From positions 1 to 50,071 of the forward strand of contig DATKGY010000046.1 in NCBI GenBank assembly GCA_035510535.1: a stretch of 50,071 nucleotides of DNA. Direction: 5' to 3'. Source of the stretch: Patescibacteria group bacterium (GTDB taxonomy: Bacteria; Patescibacteriota; Microgenomatia; Levybacterales; UBA12049). The notes beneath the pieces were generated by a model. It saw nothing but the letters and a program-made list of their open reading frames with translations. It did not search any database and was not told the origin of the DNA. Of this stretch, positions 44,924 through 50,071 are shown piece by piece (position 1 is the stretch's first letter; every line of letters begins with the position of its first letter). A program made the position numbers and the translations under genes.

Positions 44924-46729
44924 TTATTTAGGGCCCGTAACACTTTCAGTACCTGCCGCTAGTGGCGATTCAGTAGCAATTGGTTGAGGTATGGGTGCGA
45001 CCGTTTTCGCCGCTTCCCGTGCTTTTAAGATTTCCTCGGGGCTGGAGGTGATCATCGCGTGTTCGTATGGTGCGGCGATGGAGCGAAGCGCGACATGACT
45101 TTGGCCAGCAAAGAATAATCCCTCGCCAACACTGGAAGAGAGTAATAATTGTTTTTCGCCCTCAGTCAGGTAAAAAAGTTTGGTCACCAAATCTATTTCC
45201 GCCGGACTTTGCTTCAAAAGAATCTGAATAGACGAGTTTGACAAAACCGCCTTCCCGTAGTCAGTTGATAAAAAGTCCTGTACGTCTTGAGTGGCGGTGG
45301 TTAGTCCTAGATAGTATTTTCTCGCCCTTTTGGCAACGCTGTAAACAAACGAAGCGGAATCTTCATAGCGCATCATATACCAAGCCTCATCAAGAATCAA
45401 AACCCTTTTTTTAAGCGTTTTTCTAACCCTGGTCCAAATAAAGTCCAAAATAATGTGCATCGCGATTGGTCTTAACTCTTCTTCCAGCGCTTTAACATTA
45501 AAAACAGTAAAAGGATTTTTAATATCAAAATTTGATTGCTGGTTAAAAATACCACTCATACTCCCCTTAATAAATTTTTCCAAGCGTAAGGCTAGCTCCT
45601 TAGAGATTTCGTCACCCGTTTTTAACAACACATTGTATAAGTCTTCTACGATTGGCGCCTGACTCTTTTGTGTGGCCGGATCAGTGGTAATACCTTTGAT
45701 GCGATAAGTTTCCACCAACGCTCGGTCAAGCATTGCCTCTTGGGAGGCGTCTAGATTTCCCATGACAATTTTAAATAAACCATGCAGGGATAATATCTTT
45801 AATCCCAACTCATTTTCCCCCTCTTCATAAAGTCCCGACAAATCAAAAGGATTAATTTTAAGCGCTGAAGAGGGAGTAAACATTAGTTCTTCTCCGCCTA
45901 AGACTTTAGTTAACTCACTATATTCTCCCTCGGGATCAACAATAACTACTTCAGTGCCAAACATAAACTGGCGCATCGCCTCAAGTTTAATTAAGTAAGA
46001 TTTTCCTGCGCCAGATTTGCCAAAAACAACCTCATTAGCATTTTCCAAAGAAAACCGGTCAAAAATAATTAAAGAGCCATTTTGCTGGTTAATGCCGTAC
46101 ATCACGCCTTTGTCCTGCGTCAGCATAGCGGAGCTGAATGGGAAAGTTGAGGCTAACGAAGTCGTGTCCATATTACGGGTGATATACAATTTATCTTGTC
46201 CCAATGGAGTGGTAGATTTAAATCCTTCCTCCATTTGCAGAGTGGCGGTTCTTGGCAAGATTAAGATTGAGCTAAGCGCGGTCATTAGTTTTTTTGCCGA
46301 TTCATTAAGTTCGCTTAAACTGTCAGAGGTTAAAGTAATGTAAAGACTAAACTGAAAAAATCTCTCCATGCCCTTAGCTAATTCTTCTTGAACAGATAAC
46401 GCGTCTTCAAGGGAGGCTTTAATTTTTGGATCTTCTTCTAAACCTCCTTCAATTTGCGAAGTTAAAGTGGCTTCCATCTCCGCAACCTTTCTTCTTAAAT
46501 CGGATAAAACATCAGGAGATGACGCGGGATAAATAAACATAGAAATATTCATTGAATGATCAAACTCAATTAATGGCTCAAGCCAGTCGGGCGAAACATA
46601 ACGGGGATAACCCACCACAAAAAGTGTTTTGTAATATTTTTCTCCGACTTTGATGCTATTGAAGTCTATCTCAACCGATGAGGGAGCAAGCATGTCGGGG
46701 ATTGATGATATTCCCCTTTTGTCAAACAT
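44924..46729 (-). CDS. VirB4/TrbE/PrgJ-like type IV secretion ATPase
   Basis: 601 aa with Walker A (FGKSGAGKSY), Walker B (RVLILDEAWYMM) and a TATQDVQDF motif. The N-terminal region (APSSVEIDFNSIKVGEKYYKTLFVVGYPRYV) is typical of Gram-positive VirB4 homologues. Confidence 0.85.
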   Translation of the reverse strand: MFDKRGISSIPDMLAPSSVEIDFNSIKVGEKYYKTLFVVGYPRYVSPDWLEPLIEFDHSMNISMFIYPASSPDVLSDLRRKVAEMEATLTSQIEGGLEEDPKIKASLEDALSVQEELAKGMERFFQFSLYITLTSDSLSELNESAKKLMTALSSILILPRTATLQMEEGFKSTTPLGQDKLYITRNMDTTSLASTFPFSSAMLTQDKGVMYGINQQNGSLIIFDRFSLENANEVVFGKSGAGKSYLIKLEAMRQFMFGTEVVIVDPEGEYSELTKVLGGEELMFTPSSALKINPFDLSGLYEEGENELGLKILSLHGLFKIVMGNLDASQEAMLDRALVETYRIKGITTDPATQKSQAPIVEDLYNVLLKTGDEISKELALRLEKFIKGSMSGIFNQQSNFDIKNPFTVFNVKALEEELRPIAMHIILDFIWTRVRKTLKKRVLILDEAWYMMRYEDSASFVYSVAKRARKYYLGLTTATQDVQDFLSTDYGKAVLSNSSIQILLKQSPAEIDLVTKLFYLTEGEKQLLLSSSVGEGLFFAGQSHVALRSIAAPYEHAMITSSPEEILKAREAAKTVAPIPQPIATESPLAAGTESVTGPK

Positions 46730-47383
46730 TTATTGCGTCTCCTTTCCTAAAGTTACCGGCGTTGTTTGACTTTGGGCATGGTCAATTGCGCTATCATTAA
46801 AAATGTCATAAAAAAGTTTAGTTAGTTGTTCTTCATCTAAAGTGCGGGCTTTTAAATTAAGTCTGCTTAATTGAGTGTGAATAGATTCAGCCTTTGAGTG
46901 CAGAGACGCTCTTGCGCCAACAACGAAGTTCTCCAGATTGGTTCCCGATTTAAGCGTTTCCCTTGCCCCCGAGGCACCCTTTTCAAGCGAAGAATAGGGA
47001 ATGATGATATAAAATTTCTTATCCAAAACAGTATTGACTTTTACCAACTCTTTAACAAAATCCCGATAGAGGCCGATTTGCTTAGCTAAGCTTGTGTTTT
47101 GGGTCTTTTCTTTTTCATCATCCAGTAACTTTAAATAGTTTGTAATATCGAGCTTTTTACTTCTAATCACGATTTGAATCGGAAAAGAAAGCGAATTGAG
47201 AAGCGAGGCATAAGCGTAGATCTTTGAGTCCTGTTCCTCGGGAGACAAAAGAGCAAAATTGGTGGCGCTGACTTCAATTACCAGGCAGGCGTTGCCTCCA
47301 CTTGAAACGACAATATCGTCAACGATATTTTGGATTTCTATAAATTTTTGGGTTGATGGTAGATTACGGGCAGGCGTTGCCAT
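46730..47383 (-). CDS. Soluble T4SS-locus protein of unknown function
   Basis: 217-aa ORF directly abutting the VirB4-like start with no spacer. No nucleotide-binding motif seen. Confidence 0.5.
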   Translation of the reverse strand: MATPARNLPSTQKFIEIQNIVDDIVVSSGGNACLVIEVSATNFALLSPEEQDSKIYAYASLLNSLSFPIQIVIRSKKLDITNYLKLLDDEKEKTQNTSLAKQIGLYRDFVKELVKVNTVLDKKFYIIIPYSSLEKGASGARETLKSGTNLENFVVGARASLHSKAESIHTQLSRLNLKARTLDEEQLTKLFYDIFNDSAIDHAQSQTTPVTLGKETQ

Positions 47384-47384
47384 A

Positions 47385-48602
47385 TTAGTTAAACAAGGAC
47401 CTCCTTAATTCCTCCCTAGTATCAACCGAAATGATTTCAATTGGTAAAATTATCTCACCAGTAGCTTTAAAGGCAACCGTGTCAAACTTATTTTGTTCTC
47501 TCGGGTCTTCAAATCCAATTGTATATTCACCATTAACAAGTGGGGTCGCGGAAGCAAATTGTCCAAGAGCATTGGTCTTAAATGCCCGGACTGCATTTCC
47601 TTGAGAATCTTTTACTTCCACGAGAATATTTTGCAGGGGATTACCGCGAGGATCTTTAATGATGCCGGTGACAACGTTGGGAAATTCAGGAGCAGTTGGT
47701 AAACCAGCGCTTTTTTGCATACTCTGGGGGATACTTCTGACAAATTTAGTTTCCTTTAATTCTTCAGGATGAGCGACAGAAGGAGTGTAAATAGACTTCC
47801 CCTGCATTTCCATTTTTTGCTGAAGAGAGATTAATTTTGATTCCAGTTCTTGTTTTTGAAAAGTAAGATCATTAAGGTTTTTTTGCAGTTCTAAAACTTT
47901 TTGATGCGCTTTAAGGTATTCCTCGGGGTTGGTTTTGTCCTCGGCTGCTTCTTTGGCCTTGGCGTTTTGCAATTCTTTCTCCAAAAGCGCGGCGGTTTTT
48001 TGTAGCTCTTCATTAGCTTCCTCTTGAGCGGGTTTTGTTACTTGCTGTTGCGCAACAGTTTGCGCAGAAGTTAGTTGTGTCTTGGAAGTTGCGATAGAGT
48101 GAGAAGCGACAAACCCGGGGTTTGCCTGAAGGGGCTTGTCTGTTTCGTATTGAGCTAAAGATTCAAAAAATACCATCTCTTTCTTATCAAGTTTATTTTT
48201 CCCAACCGGCAAAGAATTTAAAAAATCTTTGAGTTGTTTTTGGGAAGCTTCACTAAGCGATTGTTTTTTTCCGCCGGAGACTGAAGCTAGCGAAGCCTCA
48301 GCCAAAGGCTGGGCATCCATTTTTTGATAGATATATTGAGTTGGATTTAAAACCGCTCTCAGAAAGTTTCTAATCATTATATCCAATGGTCTGCCCTCAA
48401 AAGGCACAAAGGCAAAAAGAACACCTGTTCCCACAAAAATTAAGGCGATAGGAATTTTGATCAGGGCAAAAATGGGCAAAGCATAAAATATAAGCCCAAC
48501 AATCGCTCCGCCGGCGACATATGCGAACTGCTTTAGGGTCATGTCGCCGATTAGCTTAAACTCAAAGCCTGTAATATCCTGCGGAATAGGATGATTCTCC
48601 AT
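47385..48602 (-). CDS. PrgI/VirB3-like two-TM protein fused to a coiled-coil and a carboxypeptidase-regulatory-like beta-sandwich
   Basis: 405 aa. The N-terminus IPQDITGFEFKLIGDMTLKQFAYVAGGAIVGLIFYAL matches the PrgI-family pattern. A coiled-coil lies around residues 190-260. The C-terminal GIIKDPRGNPLQNILVEVKDSQGNAVRAFKTNALGQFA...GEYTIGFE is CarboxypepD_reg-like. Confidence 0.65.
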   Translation of the reverse strand: MENHPIPQDITGFEFKLIGDMTLKQFAYVAGGAIVGLIFYALPIFALIKIPIALIFVGTGVLFAFVPFEGRPLDIMIRNFLRAVLNPTQYIYQKMDAQPLAEASLASVSGGKKQSLSEASQKQLKDFLNSLPVGKNKLDKKEMVFFESLAQYETDKPLQANPGFVASHSIATSKTQLTSAQTVAQQQVTKPAQEEANEELQKTAALLEKELQNAKAKEAAEDKTNPEEYLKAHQKVLELQKNLNDLTFQKQELESKLISLQQKMEMQGKSIYTPSVAHPEELKETKFVRSIPQSMQKSAGLPTAPEFPNVVTGIIKDPRGNPLQNILVEVKDSQGNAVRAFKTNALGQFASATPLVNGEYTIGFEDPREQNKFDTVAFKATGEIILPIEIISVDTREELRRSLFN

Positions 48603-48691
48603 AATTCTAGGTTATAATGTGAAAAATATGTATGCAAGATAATCAAAGTGGGTCAAATGCGGTTTCAACTGTGTCGGTTTTGCGTGAAAAG

Positions 48692-49030
48692 TCAGTGGCA
48701 AGCGGTAAATCCAAATTGTCCTCTGGCGATGTCTTGCAAGCAAGTAACTCCGGTAACAGAACCAATAGCGCTTAAAATCATAAACGATAAAAATATCAAA
48801 ACTAATCCAAGAATAGCAAATGTTAAGGTTTTTCTGGCGCCATCAACGGCTTTGGCATCTCCGCCAGCAAACATCAATTGATAACCGGCGAAAATAATCA
48901 TAAATAAAGCCACTGTGCCGGCCATGCCGATTGCCCAAAAAATAACATTAGCAATTAAAGGGAAAATACAATTCAGCGTTGTCGCTCCGCCAACTCCACA
49001 ATTACCCATAACTAAAGAATAACAAGGCAA
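48692..49030 (-). CDS. VirB2/TrbC-like T4SS pilin paralogue 1 (Cys-rich ends)
   Basis: 112 aa and a two-TM hairpin, with the shared motif FAGYQLMFAGGDAKAVDGARKTLTFAILGLVLIF. It carries extra Cys at both termini. Confidence 0.65.
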   Translation of the reverse strand: MPCYSLVMGNCGVGGATTLNCIFPLIANVIFWAIGMAGTVALFMIIFAGYQLMFAGGDAKAVDGARKTLTFAILGLVLIFLSFMILSAIGSVTGVTCLQDIARGQFGFTACH

Positions 49031-49057
49031 TGCTAAAAAAGCAAGAAAGGGGGTTTA

Positions 49058-49456
49058 TTAGGCGCCTGGAATTTTTGGAATAGTTAGGTTTTTTAAGTCA
49101 ACACCAAAGAAACCAAGCAGTATGGTTAAAAGGAAATAAGATAAGAAAACAATTACCAGTCCGATGATGGCGGCGACGATATGCTCTCTGGCGGCTTGAA
49201 CTTGTGTTTTGTCTCCCGATGAAACCAGCCACCTAAATCCGCCATAGATTAGAAAGATGAGGGTTACCAGTACTGCAATGACAAAGATAAACTGGATTAA
49301 TGAACCAATCAATCCTCCTATGTCTCCGACTGAAAGATTACAAAGCGCATTAAACTCTCCGCTGCCACAAGGACTACCAATTTTTGTTTGTGCGAAAGCA
49401 GAGGAGGCAAGCGATAAATAAGCAATTGGAGATAATAAAATAAGATATTTCTTCAT
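49058..49456 (-). CDS. VirB2/TrbC-like T4SS pilin paralogue 2 (with signal peptide)
   Basis: 132 aa with signal MKKYLILLSPIAYLSLASSAFA and motif YGGFRWLVSSGDKTQVQAAREHIVAAIIGLVIVF. Confidence 0.7.
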   Translation of the reverse strand: MKKYLILLSPIAYLSLASSAFAQTKIGSPCGSGEFNALCNLSVGDIGGLIGSLIQFIFVIAVLVTLIFLIYGGFRWLVSSGDKTQVQAAREHIVAAIIGLVIVFLSYFLLTILLGFFGVDLKNLTIPKIPGA

Positions 49457-49520
49457 CTAACCTTATGCTAAAGCGTTTTTTTGCAATTGTCAAGCCCCTT
49501 TTATGAATTTGTCCGTAAAG

Positions 49521-49865
49521 CTACTGACTGCCTAAGAAATTAATTATTTTACTGCCAAAGAAAAAGGCGTAAAGGACATTAATAATCAGAAAAGACGCAA
49601 AAATCAAAACCAGACCAAGAATTGACATCGCCAGTCTTTGTCTGGCGTTAGCAATTTTTTGTTTATCTCCTTGGGAGAAAATCCATTCAAAACCTCCGAG
49701 CATAAGCATAAATAGACAAACAAAAATTGCTGCCGCTATCATTAAATCAATCCCCGCATTGATAATGATGGCAAGCTCACCCGGTTTGTCGGCAGGAATG
49801 CCATTAACATTAATTGAATTAGGACTGCCATTGATGCTGGGAAGTTGTAAAGCAAGATAGTGCAT
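49521..49865 (-). CDS. VirB2/TrbC-like T4SS pilin paralogue 3
   Basis: 114 aa with motif LGGFEWIFSQGDKQKIANARQRLAMSILGLVLIF. Confidence 0.65.
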   Translation of the reverse strand: MHYLALQLPSINGSPNSINVNGIPADKPGELAIIINAGIDLMIAAAIFVCLFMLMLGGFEWIFSQGDKQKIANARQRLAMSILGLVLIFASFLIINVLYAFFFGSKIINFLGSQ

Positions 49866-49872
49866 AACAAAG

Positions 49873-50071
49873 TTTAGCCAAAGCCCGGAATATTCAAAAT
49901 ATTCACGCCAATTACCTGTAGGATAACCAGCGAAAAAATTATAAACAATAATCCAACAATAGCAGCGGTTAATTGTTCACGGGCTCCTTTGACCTGTTCG
50001 GGATTTCCCTGAGAAATCATCAGCCTGTATCCGGAAGCAATGATTAGTCCCAAAGCAACTACTCCGGCGAT
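49873..50071 (-). CDS. VirB2/TrbC-like T4SS pilin paralogue 4 (5' end outside the window)
   Basis: The reverse strand reads ...IAGVVALGLIIASGYRLMISQGNPEQVKGAREQLTAAIVGLLFIIFSLVILQVIGVNILNIPGFG with stop at 49873-49875. It is not in the ORF track because it is truncated. Confidence 0.6.

Noticed and set aside
1-50071. Alternative genetic code (UGA as sense, as in some CPR lineages), CRISPR arrays, rRNA genes, IS elements/transposases.
   Set aside because: Housekeeping proteins are full length under the standard code, and several end at TGA (for example valS at 30297-30299 and the hydrolase at 44025-44027). No regularly spaced repeats, rRNA-like stretches or DDE/IS-type ORFs were seen on reading through.

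Overview
This 50-kb window comes from a compact, AT-leaning bacterial chromosome. The gene content looks like a Patescibacteria/CPR-type organism. That placement is an inference from gene content only.

Layout:
1. 1-2.7 kb: a PP2C phosphatase plus a membrane protein, bracketed by two 107-bp imperfect direct repeats that read as duplicated gene tails.
2. About 2.7-15.2 kb: an accessory island ending in a large serine recombinase whose last codons lie inside the 3' end of tRNA-Asn(GTT). Its cargo is vsr, dcm, a tightly coupled operon led by a GHKL-type ATPase with two proteins I cannot assign, a 2-TM/HEPN-like pair co-oriented with vsr, an XRE switch, an AT-hook protein and several orphans.
3. 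15.3-43.3 kb: core genes. These are a small membrane stress-protein cluster, guaB-guaA-dnaG-rpoD, comM/yifB, ruvCAB, rplY, valS, a DUF4012 protein, rnhA, glycan flippase and ligase genes, and the origin region jag-yidC-yidD-rnpA-rpmH / dnaA-oriC-dnaN.
4. 43.3-50.07 kb: a Gram-positive-style type IV secretion-like locus abutting dnaN. It holds a VirB4-like ATPase, a PrgI/VirB3-like fusion, a CHAP-like hydrolase and four tandem VirB2-like pilin paralogues.

I saw no rRNA, CRISPR array or transposase. The best candidate for an undescribed system is the GHKL-ATPase operon convergent on dcm-vsr (5155-8874). All functional calls come from motifs read by eye, and no database search was possible.
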